From a virus: 37,181 nt of DNA. The stretch lies in IMG/VR virus record IMGVR_UViG_3300009502_000014, positions 1-37,181 of that record; one strand, written 5' to 3'. Below are positions 21,348 through 30,427 of this stretch, one piece after another (position 1 is the first letter of the stretch; every line of letters begins with the position of its first letter). Below the pieces are notes generated by a model. It was not told the DNA's origin. It ran no database searches and saw only the letters and a list, made by a program, of their open reading frames with translations. A program made the translations under genes and the position numbers.

Positions 21348-22451
21348 TTATCCTAATGGAGTGCCTGAAATTAACCCATCGTTAGATACGGGGAATGATT
21401 GCGCATTAGATATGGGGACTGATTGCGGATTAAATACCGGATTTTTTGCCGCCAATAATTGACTGAGCAAATAGTTATTACCTGCACTAGATAACCCGCT
21501 AGATAACGAATTCGCCGCACCGATCTGACCTGCTGCGTTTGCATTGGCTGCACCTGTAATACCCCCCGCCCCTGCTTGTGCCGCGCCTGTTGTCAAACCA
21601 ACTGTATTATTACCCAACCCAGTAGCCAAATTAGCCAAGTTTGAACTGCTATTTGTTGTAAGACCTGTACTTGTTGGTGCAAGGGTGCTAAACATACTGG
21701 ATAACGCACCGCTATATTGACCACCCGCTTGAATATTTTGACCCGTTCCAGTCAACCCTATATTAGCAATTCCGCTTAAACGATTGTAAATATTGTTTTG
21801 CTGTGTTTGATAATTATTAAAAGCATTTTGATAAGCATTACCCGCATAATTTTGCGCAAAAATATCGGCAGCGTTAACCATGTTTGATCCGCCACCAGCA
21901 ACATTCATCGCTTGATTGGAAGCACCCAACCCTTGTTGCAATTGCCATTGATAATTAGGCGCAAGTTGGCTATTTAAATCCGCATTATTAAACGTATGTG
22001 AAAGTTGGGGGATTAAACTTTGTAATTGACTAGCCGCCGCGCCCCCTGCATTTTCATACGGCTGTAAATTATTATATTGTTGCTGATATAAATTAGATTG
22101 ATCGCCGTATTGTGCGTTATATAAATTGTTTAGATAATTCTGCTGTCCGGCTTGATTGCCAGTAACGTCTTGTGTAGCTTGTCCATACGCACCTTGTAAA
22201 ACAGGGATGCCAGCCAATGCGGTTTGTTGTTGTAATTGTGCCGCTTGGGTAGCCGCATCAGCTTGTGTTTGAGCCGCGCTTTTTGCCGCACTACCGCTGA
22301 TAGCCGAGCCAAGTAACGATGCGCCACCAGCAATAGCGGCTGTAACAGGATCATTAAACTTACGGATGCGACTAAACTTGGGATCGCCACCAAGGGGATC
22401 ACCAATCGGATCAAATTCCGCATTACTGCGGTTTAGATAATTCTTAAACAT
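21348..22451 (-). CDS. Putative internal virion / ejection protein (Gln/Asn/Gly/Ala-rich)
   Basis: Track ORF 21348-22463. I prefer the ATG at 22451, which has GGGAG 6 nt upstream. Low-complexity QQQ/NNY composition. Confidence 0.5.
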   Translation of the reverse strand: MFKNYLNRSNAEFDPIGDPLGGDPKFSRIRKFNDPVTAAIAGGASLLGSAISGSAAKSAAQTQADAATQAAQLQQQTALAGIPVLQGAYGQATQDVTGNQAGQQNYLNNLYNAQYGDQSNLYQQQYNNLQPYENAGGAAASQLQSLIPQLSHTFNNADLNSQLAPNYQWQLQQGLGASNQAMNVAGGGSNMVNAADIFAQNYAGNAYQNAFNNYQTQQNNIYNRLSGIANIGLTGTGQNIQAGGQYSGALSSMFSTLAPTSTGLTTNSSSNLANLATGLGNNTVGLTTGAAQAGAGGITGAANANAAGQIGAANSLSSGLSSAGNNYLLSQLLAAKNPVFNPQSVPISNAQSFPVSNDGLISGTPLG

Positions 22452-22830
22452 ATTTACTCCCATCGCATCTTAATAAGATTTTAACTGAGTCTTTAGATAA
22501 CTCAATAAAACCAAGTCTTTTGCAAAAATTTAATCCGTTTATATTGTCATTCATCACATAAGTTATTGCATACCCATACTTTTCTATTATCTTTTTCAAA
22601 GTTTGCTTAATGTGCAATCTCATTGATGCACCGCAAGGTTTTCCATAACCAACGTGAATTTCATTGCCTTTTATTAAAACTGCTCCGATTACTTCATTAT
22701 TTCTAAATAATGGAATAATCTCCCAACCTTTTAATGTAATTTCAAATATTTCTTTACTAATAGATAATTTTGTTTTGACTGACTCATAAAGCATTTCAAC
22801 TGCGTCAGACAATGCTTGTGATAATTCCAT
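22444..22830 (-). CDS. GNAT-family N-acetyltransferase-like protein (low-GC insert)
   Basis: 128 aa. VIGAVLIKGNEIHVGY and INGLNFCKRLGFIE form the C-terminal GNAT motif pattern. My hand count gives about 27-28% GC at 22501-22620 against about 50% at 22861-22920. Confidence 0.6.
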   Translation of the reverse strand: MELSQALSDAVEMLYESVKTKLSISKEIFEITLKGWEIIPLFRNNEVIGAVLIKGNEIHVGYGKPCGASMRLHIKQTLKKIIEKYGYAITYVMNDNINGLNFCKRLGFIELSKDSVKILLRCDGSKYV

Positions 22831-23314
22831 TTGTCACCGTGATGGTTTTAGGGGTTGCATCACCAGATTTGAATGTACCCGTTGCCCCACCCGTAATCTG
22901 ACCGCTGGTAATAGAAATCGGAACATTACTTGCCGCCGTAATTTGACCGACTGAATTCAACGTAAAACTTGGCACTTGACCCGCATTACCATAAGTCCCC
23001 GCTGTCGCACCCGTCGATGATAAAGACAACGTAATCACACCCGGCGCATTGGTTACTGTAATACCCGTTCCTGCCGTTAACGTGCGCAAGGTATAACCTG
23101 TACCATTACCGATAAGCAATTGACCGCTAGCAGGGGTTGTAGACGTTCCTGTGCCGCCGTAAATCGTAGGCACAATGCTATTTACACTTGCCCCAACATA
23201 AGAAGGGTTTTGCAACCATAGCAACCACGGATAAGAGGGTCGTTGTGTTGTCGGATCAAGAAATGGCGTTTGTGGATACGCGATATTGGTGTTGGTTGTG
23301 TTAGAAGTAGCCAT
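22805..23314 (-). CDS. Tail fibre / needle-like protein
   Basis: 169 aa. IYGGTGTSTTPASGQLLIGNGTGYTLRTLTAGTGITVTN is a module shared with 28265-28504. It follows the gp10-like gene, as the needle gene does in P22. Confidence 0.55.
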   Translation of the reverse strand: MATSNTTNTNIAYPQTPFLDPTTQRPSYPWLLWLQNPSYVGASVNSIVPTIYGGTGTSTTPASGQLLIGNGTGYTLRTLTAGTGITVTNAPGVITLSLSSTGATAGTYGNAGQVPSFTLNSVGQITAASNVPISITSGQITGGATGTFKSGDATPKTITVTNGIITSIV

Positions 23315-24900
23315 TAGTTGCTACCTACACTTGCTTTTAGATTCGCTGAAACAATCACGCATTTAATTGGATCGCTGACCGAAACTTCGAATATTCGATC
23401 TCTCGCCATTCCTAACCGCCGCCAAATTGCGCGGTTTTTATATCTGCCAATCTGTCCAATACCAACCCAATGTTCATTACTCCACGTTGAGCCACCATCG
23501 TTAGACCAGCGCAACATTGCTTGGGGATTCGCCCCCACCGTTTCACCATTGATGCTAAATGTGTAATAAATATTAACAACTTGAGTTGGCGCAATAACAT
23601 ACGTCCCACTTGGCGCAATCGTAATGCTTGTAGGCGATAAATTTTTATTGGTAAACGTTTGACCATTTAACCCAATGCCTGGTTGAAATTGAATTTGCAA
23701 TTCATCAAAATATTGTCTTTGCAAATCGGTGGTTAAATGGGGCGCACGACGCAACCTTCTGATCGTGTTGCCGTTTTCCGTGTAATTACTAAAGTCAAGA
23801 ATATAAATATTACCGTTTTGATAATCACCGACGATATTTACATTATTGAAAAATGCGCCACAATTTGAACGGTGACGATGATAAATACCGCTTGAATCAA
23901 GCGATAACCATTTATGCCACATTTTACTTTGCAAGTCATAAACCCAAGTAATGTCTACCGTGGGAAATGTGACAACGTAAAATTCATGACCTTCAATTTG
24001 ATAAGTGTAAGCAATCGCATCAGCGATATATTGACCCGCTAATGTTGCCTCCACTGCGTGAGTTGATACCCGTTGAAATTGATAGCCGACCACGCCGCCA
24101 ATAATGGCTTGCCCACGTTCATCTTTTGATACAAATAAAAATTGTTCAGCAAATCGAGCAAGCGAAAAAGGAGCGGCAATTCCGTGTTGCATAGATGTAC
24201 CCGCGACCCGCGCAAAGGGGAAGCTAGTAATCCCTGTAATTTGATTGCCAACGTCAATCCAAACTTCAGTCGTTTTTTCACCAAACAAATAAACCTGACG
24301 ATGATCGCAAATGAGCGATACAAGCGTATCAGGTGATGAATCTTTAACACCGTAATAAGCGTTGGTAGAATAAGGTGAGGCTAAATCAGTAGCCGCCCAA
24401 TCTCTGGTGTTTGGCTGATTATAAACAATATAGTTATCCACCACATCGACAACATTAGCCCCTTGCCACGGCCCATCAGTAGAAGGTAGTGTCTGGAACG
24501 AACTGGGGCTAACTACCCATACATAACGATTGACACCATCAGCAATATAACAATACAACCCTTGCGCGCCGTTTACGTTGTCTGTGATGCTGACAGGGCC
24601 AGCAGAAGTGGTCAATGTGCCGATGAAATGTATGTTTTCGCTAGTATCGACCGAATAAACTGTAGCACCACAAACAATTACTAAATACTGTCCACCAGAC
24701 AATGCTCGCATCCCTCGAACAGGTGCGTTATTTAATGTGAATAATTTTGTTAAGCCGGGCGTTGGATATAGCGCAACAACCCCACGATCACCGGGTTGTT
24801 TTAATGGATCAATTTCTGGATACAGGTTGATACATTCCTGCGCATCTTGATAGATACTAGGCGTTGTGTAGCTTGGGCCAACAAATCCAAAATCCGGCAT
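23314..24900 (-). CDS. P22 gp10-like tail hub / DNA-stabilisation protein
   Basis: 528 aa. The C-terminus WSNDGGSTWSNE...GRYKNRAIWRRLGMARDRIFEVSVSDP resembles the P22 gp10 C-terminus (TTDGINYG...KRVLWKRVGRIRRLIGFKLRV). Position after the adaptor-like gene. Confidence 0.55.
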   Translation of the reverse strand: MPDFGFVGPSYTTPSIYQDAQECINLYPEIDPLKQPGDRGVVALYPTPGLTKLFTLNNAPVRGMRALSGGQYLVIVCGATVYSVDTSENIHFIGTLTTSAGPVSITDNVNGAQGLYCYIADGVNRYVWVVSPSSFQTLPSTDGPWQGANVVDVVDNYIVYNQPNTRDWAATDLASPYSTNAYYGVKDSSPDTLVSLICDHRQVYLFGEKTTEVWIDVGNQITGITSFPFARVAGTSMQHGIAAPFSLARFAEQFLFVSKDERGQAIIGGVVGYQFQRVSTHAVEATLAGQYIADAIAYTYQIEGHEFYVVTFPTVDITWVYDLQSKMWHKWLSLDSSGIYHRHRSNCGAFFNNVNIVGDYQNGNIYILDFSNYTENGNTIRRLRRAPHLTTDLQRQYFDELQIQFQPGIGLNGQTFTNKNLSPTSITIAPSGTYVIAPTQVVNIYYTFSINGETVGANPQAMLRWSNDGGSTWSNEHWVGIGQIGRYKNRAIWRRLGMARDRIFEVSVSDPIKCVIVSANLKASVGSN

Positions 24901-24909
24901 AGCCCATCC

Positions 24910-25893
24910 TTATCTAAAGAATCCACCAGAAAGTATCCAACCCGCGTCTTTTTGTCTGCTACTTAACAACGCATCTGCAAAACGTGCCGCTTGAACGGGG
25001 CGCATATTTGTGCGCTTTAACGTGCTTTTAGCTTGCGCCGCATAGCCTTGAATCAATCCGTTGCTAATTTGATTGACCTTGCCGTACATGGGCAATAATC
25101 GCTCTGCTAAACACCAGCGCAACGCCATCGTATAGCCTTGAGGCAAGATAATTGAATCGTATAGGGTAGTAAAACGACTAAATATATTGTCGGCAAAAAT
25201 GTGCATTTCACCCTGTGCCGGATTGGGCCAAACATAAATGTTGCCAAGTGTTTCCGATGGTTGATAATACAACGCTTTAGGCCAAGGCCCGTTTAGCGTT
25301 TTCAAACCAATCATCTCGTAATCTTCAACATTCAATATAGCAACTGGATAATCTAAGCCACCGTTCACTACAGGCATACCATTGCTATTAGTATTGATTC
25401 TGACAAAGGCAGAATTTATCGTCAATGGGCGTTGATAGTATAAATTTATCGTAATAGGTACGCTTGATGTACCCGCGGTTTGTGACACGTTTACAGTATA
25501 TGTTCCTGCTTCGTTAACATTGTTTCCTGCACCCGTTAGCATTTGCGTAATGGTTGTGCCAGCGGTAATGCCTGTGCCACTTAGTGTTTGCCCTGTGGAT
25601 ACCGCACCAGAACTGATACCTGTAAGTGTTAAAACCGTACCAGAAATGTAACCTGTAACGACCGCACCGATTTGTCCACCTGGGCCAATGGTGTATTGTG
25701 TTTGACCTGCGGTAATTGGAAATACAATTTCATTTTTGTAAAATACCATCTGATCTTCATTTGACCATTGATCTACCAAGTCATTGAGCATATCAAACGC
25801 ATCTTGCGCTGCTTCTGGTGTTGGGTTTTCCCCAGCTTCCAATGCACCGATGTCTTTTAACGCTCTGCTGATAATATCAATTGGTTGCGTCAT
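24910..25893 (-). CDS. Head-to-tail adaptor (P22 gp4-like N-terminus) with a C-terminal extension
   Basis: 327 aa. IISRALKDIGALEAGENPTPEAAQDAFDMLNDLVDQW resembles P22 gp4 LVRAALRKLGVASD...QSMQDAVDDLEAMMAEW. Confidence 0.45.
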   Translation of the reverse strand: MTQPIDIISRALKDIGALEAGENPTPEAAQDAFDMLNDLVDQWSNEDQMVFYKNEIVFPITAGQTQYTIGPGGQIGAVVTGYISGTVLTLTGISSGAVSTGQTLSGTGITAGTTITQMLTGAGNNVNEAGTYTVNVSQTAGTSSVPITINLYYQRPLTINSAFVRINTNSNGMPVVNGGLDYPVAILNVEDYEMIGLKTLNGPWPKALYYQPSETLGNIYVWPNPAQGEMHIFADNIFSRFTTLYDSIILPQGYTMALRWCLAERLLPMYGKVNQISNGLIQGYAAQAKSTLKRTNMRPVQAARFADALLSSRQKDAGWILSGGFFR

Positions 25894-25894
25894 A

Positions 25895-26209
25895 TCAAAC
25901 CTTTAACGTAAATACTGGGGGCAACCACGGTGCAACCATCGTTTTTTCTTTGCTCAACTCGTCTAATTGTTCTTGTAACCGATCAAGAATAACGTTTCTA
26001 CCGTCTACCATTGAGCCGCTTTTAATCCAGTCAATGACCATTTGTTCCGTCACTTGCGCAATTGGAATGATTGCTTGTTTAGCGTCAAAATACCAATTAC
26101 CTTCGGTTTCTACCGTGTTTTGTTCATCCGATGCGCGTACAAAGTATTTGGCAGCACTAATTACGCCATCTTTGCCATCAATATCAAGAATCTTCCAAAG
26201 TACATTCAT
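25895..26209 (-). CDS. Conserved small phage protein (MNVLWKILDIDGKDGVISAAKYFV...)
   Basis: The track start at 26275 overlaps the upstream gene by 70 nt. The ATG at 26209 overlaps the upstream stop as ATGA, so I prefer it. Confidence 0.55.
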   Translation of the reverse strand: MNVLWKILDIDGKDGVISAAKYFVRASDEQNTVETEGNWYFDAKQAIIPIAQVTEQMVIDWIKSGSMVDGRNVILDRLQEQLDELSKEKTMVAPWLPPVFTLKV

Positions 26210-26862
26210 GCAACCCTCTGCAATAAATACCAGTTGTTTGATGATATGACAGCAGGGCCACCCATTACATTCCACGTTCCAGATAAACTAGGAGTAAAAT
26301 TTGTCCCTGCTATTTGGCTATTCGGCGTATAACTACTTGCAGAATATGCCCACGCATAACTGTAAAGTTGACCATAAGAAGGGGGTTGCGAGGATACCCA
26401 TGTTGTGCCGTTAGAAGTCAGCACATAGCCTGTTACACCGCTAGACGTAAGCCCTGTACCTCCATTTGCCGCCACAAGCGTACCAGCCAAAGTAATGTCA
26501 CCATTGGTTGCCGCAGTAGGGGTAAATCCAGTTGTTCCTGCGTTAAATGTTGTGACAATGTTTTGACCCGTTGGTGTACCAGAAATGTTATCGTAAGTCC
26601 CAATTTGATTGGCACTTGAATCTTGCAATACAAATTTATAAGAATATCCAACACTTAGCCACACTTCGCTTGGCACTCGCCCATACGAATCTAAAACAAT
26701 CGGATTTGTGTTGGCAATGTTTCCTGCAATTGATGTGTACGTTGCCAAAGGGCTAGTCGTACCTGCTGAATATGTGTAAATCATCCCCCCAGCTAACGGT
26801 TGACCCGTATTACTGAAAAATTGCCAACCTGCTCCTGCGAAAGGGGATAAAAAAACAGACAT
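26206..26862 (-). CDS. Tail fibre protein
   Basis: The preferred ATG at 26862 shares one nt with the upstream TAA. MSVFLSPFAGAGWQFFSNTGQPLAGGMIYTYSAGTTSP is a familiar podophage fibre N-terminus. It also carries an NGGTGLTSSGVTGYVLTSNG module. Confidence 0.65.
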   Translation of the reverse strand: MSVFLSPFAGAGWQFFSNTGQPLAGGMIYTYSAGTTSPLATYTSIAGNIANTNPIVLDSYGRVPSEVWLSVGYSYKFVLQDSSANQIGTYDNISGTPTGQNIVTTFNAGTTGFTPTAATNGDITLAGTLVAANGGTGLTSSGVTGYVLTSNGTTWVSSQPPSYGQLYSYAWAYSASSYTPNSQIAGTNFTPSLSGTWNVMGGPAVISSNNWYLLQRVA

Positions 26863-27206
26863 TATGCTACCACCCAAGTTTTAGTTGGTTCATCCCATTT
26901 ATATATTTTTCCATCAGTAGGCATGGGTGTAGGGGGTGTCCACGTCCACGTTGGCGCTGAGATCGTCCAAGATGGATAAGGTTGAGGAGCATAAAACACA
27001 TCGTGCGTTGCATCGTAAGTGTAGCCAATCCCCGCATAATTTCCACGCAAAGGAGTGCCACCAGCCGAATGTACGCCGCCGTGAGTGTTATAGCTAGTTT
27101 GTATCCAAGTGCCGGGGCTAGTATCTACAAACGTGTTAAAAAATTCTGGTTCAGCCGGCATGACTTGAACAACTTTACCGTCAAATACTTTTGCATAATG
27201 TGACAT
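26862..27206 (-). CDS. Conserved small phage protein (MSHYAKVFDGKVVQVM...WIQTSYNTHGGVH)
   Basis: The preferred ATG at 27206 has a GAGGA SD; the track uses TTG at 27218. Possible fibre accessory protein. Confidence 0.55.
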   Translation of the reverse strand: MSHYAKVFDGKVVQVMPAEPEFFNTFVDTSPGTWIQTSYNTHGGVHSAGGTPLRGNYAGIGYTYDATHDVFYAPQPYPSWTISAPTWTWTPPTPMPTDGKIYKWDEPTKTWVVA

Positions 27207-27214
27207 TTTTATCC

Positions 27215-28255
27215 TCAAGCATTGTAGGTTGATGACGAAGTAAAGGTGTGGATGGTGTAACCACCCGACGATGTAACTGTACCGCCTGTGCCACGCTGTG
27301 AGCCGAGGTAACTGATAATTACGATGCCTGAGCCGCCATTACCGCCAGTGTTTCCAGATCCATAACATCCACCACCACCACCACCAGTATTTGCCGTTCC
27401 AGCAAAACCATTTGTTGTACCTCCCGCACCGCCACCACCTGCACCACCTGTTCCTGCTGATCCACTATTATATGCAGCACCGCCTCCGCCACCAGCATAA
27501 GTTACAGATGTTCCAGAAATAGAATTTGAATTACCTGCCCCTCCATTTCCACCATTAGTTCCTGCGCTAGATTGTCCTGCTGCGCTTGCGCCTCCACCAC
27601 CACCACCACAATCATTTGTTACGCTTGAACCATTGCCGCCTGCATTTCCTTGACCTGATGTACCAGAACCGCCAGAAACTGTCGTTTCACCGCCACCGCC
27701 GCCAGAACCACCTGAACCTCCAGGATATGTTAATGCTCCACCTCCATATCCACCACCAATTGCTGTAGATATTCCAGTTATTGAAGAATTTGATCCATTT
27801 GTTGCTTGAGTTGTTGTTGATACACCGCCACTTCCACCTGCACCAACTGTAATTGTGTATGCTGTTCCTGATGATAAAGAACTTGCTCCTGTTAAAAACC
27901 CGCCAGCACCACCACCACCGCCGCCATATGCACCACCACCACCACCACCACCAGCAACAACAAGATAATTAATTGAATAACCGGCAGGTTGTGAAAAAGT
28001 ATGCCAAGTTGATGTCGTTGTATCGTACCATTCTGGATTACTCGTTGTGCTATTTTGACGAATCATCCCAGAAACAGGAGAAGAAGGACGTTGTGCAGTA
28101 GTTCCAACGGGCATCAAAATTGCTTGGTTAGTAGTATCAGCAATAGCTAAAGTTCCGTTAGCGGCAGGAACAGTTAAAGCAAGCGTAGACGCTGTATCTG
28201 ATCCTGTTAATGCGGTACTACCGCCAGATGCTCCTTGAAAAACTAAAGTTCCCAT
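27215..28255 (-). CDS. Glycine-rich fibre-like protein
   Basis: 346 aa. MPVGTTAQRPSSPVSGMIRQN is followed by LVVAGGGGGGGAYGGGGGGAGG and many poly-Gly tracts. Confidence 0.6.
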   Translation of the reverse strand: MGTLVFQGASGGSTALTGSDTASTLALTVPAANGTLAIADTTNQAILMPVGTTAQRPSSPVSGMIRQNSTTSNPEWYDTTTSTWHTFSQPAGYSINYLVVAGGGGGGGAYGGGGGGAGGFLTGASSLSSGTAYTITVGAGGSGGVSTTTQATNGSNSSITGISTAIGGGYGGGALTYPGGSGGSGGGGGETTVSGGSGTSGQGNAGGNGSSVTNDCGGGGGGASAAGQSSAGTNGGNGGAGNSNSISGTSVTYAGGGGGAAYNSGSAGTGGAGGGGAGGTTNGFAGTANTGGGGGGCYGSGNTGGNGGSGIVIISYLGSQRGTGGTVTSSGGYTIHTFTSSSTYNA

Positions 28256-28264
28256 GATATGTCC

Positions 28265-28504
28265 TTATGGCGCAATAATTAAAGTTGATGCAGTTGTGGC
28301 AACCGTTATTGCGCCACTCGTATTAGTAATAACAATATTTTGCCCAGCCGTAAGCGTAGACAAAGTAAAGTTTGCAGCGTTTCCAATTGGAATTTGACCA
28401 TTTGCTGGCGTTGCAGATGTACCTAACCCGCCACCTGACGGATTAAGTAAACCTGCTGAACTAACGTTTTCAGCAAAAAGGGAAAAATTACGATTGATTG
28501 TCAT
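28265..28504 (-). CDS. Short fibre-module protein (paralog of part of 22805-23314)
   Basis: 79 aa. SGGGLGTSATPANGQIPIGNAANFTLSTLTAGQNIVITN. Confidence 0.5.
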   Translation of the reverse strand: MTINRNFSLFAENVSSAGLLNPSGGGLGTSATPANGQIPIGNAANFTLSTLTAGQNIVITNTSGAITVATTASTLIIAP

Positions 28505-28505
28505 A

Positions 28506-29147
28506 TTAGATCGTGGTGCTTACTTCTTCCCATTGCATACCAAATACCAAACTGGATGCAACAGAGGCCGCTGAAGTGTAGAAAGCCGCATAACCGCCAG
28601 GGGGAATAACCAATCCACCTTCAAGATCAATCACTTTGCCACCGTTCACTACCGTAGTGATTGCACCCGTTAGCAATGTGTCCAACAAGATTAACCGAGT
28701 AGGCGCAACAGGCATCGTCACCGCTGAAGCGATCAATCCTGTACCAGCAGAGTTACCTACAAAGTTGGACAATGGGACAAGTGCCGTGGTTTGTGTAACC
28801 GCCGTTGATGCGCTATAACCCGTCATAATGCCGAGAATCAAACCCGCTGTTTGGGCAACCAACGTAGCGTATGATACTTTGTTCAACACTAGGTTAACAG
28901 TTGAACCGATAGGATTCGTAATTGCCATGCCTGTGTAGGTGGTAGCAAAACCAGCGGTAGTGGTTACACCCGCCAAGTTAGCACCTGCATACATGGTTTT
29001 ACGAACTGTGGTTTCGTAGTAACGACCATGCAATTCATCAACGATCAATTCGGTTGTTGCACCGACTCGAAGCGTTGCGTTCGATGGGCTTGTTCCTACC
29101 GTTTGTGCTGATGTACCGCCTACAACGACTGCTAATGGGAGTGCCAT
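28506..29147 (-). CDS. Virion-associated beta-rich protein, function unknown
   Basis: 213-aa track ORF, Thr/Ala/Val/Gly-rich. Confidence 0.5.
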   Translation of the reverse strand: MALPLAVVVGGTSAQTVGTSPSNATLRVGATTELIVDELHGRYYETTVRKTMYAGANLAGVTTTAGFATTYTGMAITNPIGSTVNLVLNKVSYATLVAQTAGLILGIMTGYSASTAVTQTTALVPLSNFVGNSAGTGLIASAVTMPVAPTRLILLDTLLTGAITTVVNGGKVIDLEGGLVIPPGGYAAFYTSAASVASSLVFGMQWEEVSTTI

Positions 29148-29156
29148 AATATTTCC

Positions 29157-30101
29157 TTAAATAAATGAATAATTAACGACCGCAGCCGTTGTGAGTGCTG
29201 TTGAATCGGTCAGTGCCTGACCACCCGTTACTGCAATGATGATGCCAGTTGAAAAATATAAACCTACGTCGTTAATATCCAAGTTAAACGTACCGCCCGT
29301 AGTGCCGCCGGGGATTAAATAGTTAAGTGTTGCCGCCGTGGTGCCAAGAGTGACCGCTGTTTGGTTATAGATTTTCAGGTATACCGGAGTCGCTTGGGCA
29401 TTGCCTACGGTCAAATGATATAACTTTCCGGCAGATGCTTTAATCGTTGTGGTGGCTACCGTCAAGGGTGTAACGAGCGTACCTAATGTTTGACCGTTAG
29501 ATGTTGCACTTGAGCCAATTGCAATAAATCCAGCCGTACCAGCAGAAGCCGTACCGCCGATGTTGACAATGTTCATACCTAACTGAGCAGTGGTAGACGA
29601 TACTGCTGCACCACCAATAGCCGCTACGTTTTGACCCACCAAAGGCAAATAGCGTAATGTGTAGACAAACGCACCGACCGTTGTACAAGTGATTCTTATA
29701 TACCGACTTTGGCAAGGAAACGTATAACTGGTATTTGCCGCCGCAAGCGTTGTAGCCCATGCGCCAGCATTAGTAATTCCGCCAATAGCCGAATAAGTGA
29801 TGTTGTCGTTCGATCCTAATACGGTTCCAATAAATGCGGCAGTTGTAAATTCAATGGTTTGATAACCCTGCGTATCAATCGTAAACGCTTGACCAACGGT
29901 AGACGCCACCAAGCGAATAACCGCTGGTGAATCTGACAGAATCATATTGCCATTTACGTCTACCGTTGGATTATTGATAGACTTGGTATGTAAAGCTAAA
30001 TCACCACGGATGACGTTATCAAGGGTAGCGACCCCATCAAAATCGCCACCCGTTGTACCTTGTACGCTCGTCTGCTGTATGTTATTTCCAATCCACGCCA
30101 T
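29157..30101 (-). CDS. Virion-associated beta-rich protein, function unknown
   Basis: 314-aa track ORF, Thr/Ala/Gly-rich. Confidence 0.5.
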   Translation of the reverse strand: MAWIGNNIQQTSVQGTTGGDFDGVATLDNVIRGDLALHTKSINNPTVDVNGNMILSDSPAVIRLVASTVGQAFTIDTQGYQTIEFTTAAFIGTVLGSNDNITYSAIGGITNAGAWATTLAAANTSYTFPCQSRYIRITCTTVGAFVYTLRYLPLVGQNVAAIGGAAVSSTTAQLGMNIVNIGGTASAGTAGFIAIGSSATSNGQTLGTLVTPLTVATTTIKASAGKLYHLTVGNAQATPVYLKIYNQTAVTLGTTAATLNYLIPGGTTGGTFNLDINDVGLYFSTGIIIAVTGGQALTDSTALTTAAVVNYSFI

Positions 30102-30427
30102 TACGACACCTCAATCGAAGAAAGGGTGACATCAACCGCACTTGTCGCAGTAACTTTCACCGAGTAACCCTGTGGCACAACAATCTTTGCCGCGTTCATT
30201 ACATCTAACGATGTTCCCACCGGAATTAAAATATTTGCCGCCAAGTTAGTAGTCACCGTTGCGCCAGAATTGACCAGCGTGACCGTGGCGTTAGCAGTTG
30301 TTGTTGTACTGGTGTTGGCAATTAAACAACCGATTAACGTGGCTTGTACACCAGACGTTGTTGGGTTGTATACCGTAGTCAACGATGTAACGTTAGGTGC
30401 TTGTGCGGAGACGTAGTTAATAGCCAT
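30101..30427 (-). CDS. Small, nearly uncharged Thr/Ala/Val-rich protein
   Basis: 108 aa, with only 5 D/E/K/R by my count. Confidence 0.5.
   Translation of the reverse strand: MAINYVSAQAPNVTSLTTVYNPTTSGVQATLIGCLIANTSTTTTANATVTLVNSGATVTTNLAANILIPVGTSLDVMNAAKIVVPQGYSVKVTATSAVDVTLSSIEVS

Noticed and set aside
27586-27768. A His-rich 60-aa plus-strand ORF (MRLHHHHHNH...).
   Set aside because: It is the antisense reading of the Gly-codon triplet arrays in the glycine-rich fibre gene, so it is an artefact.
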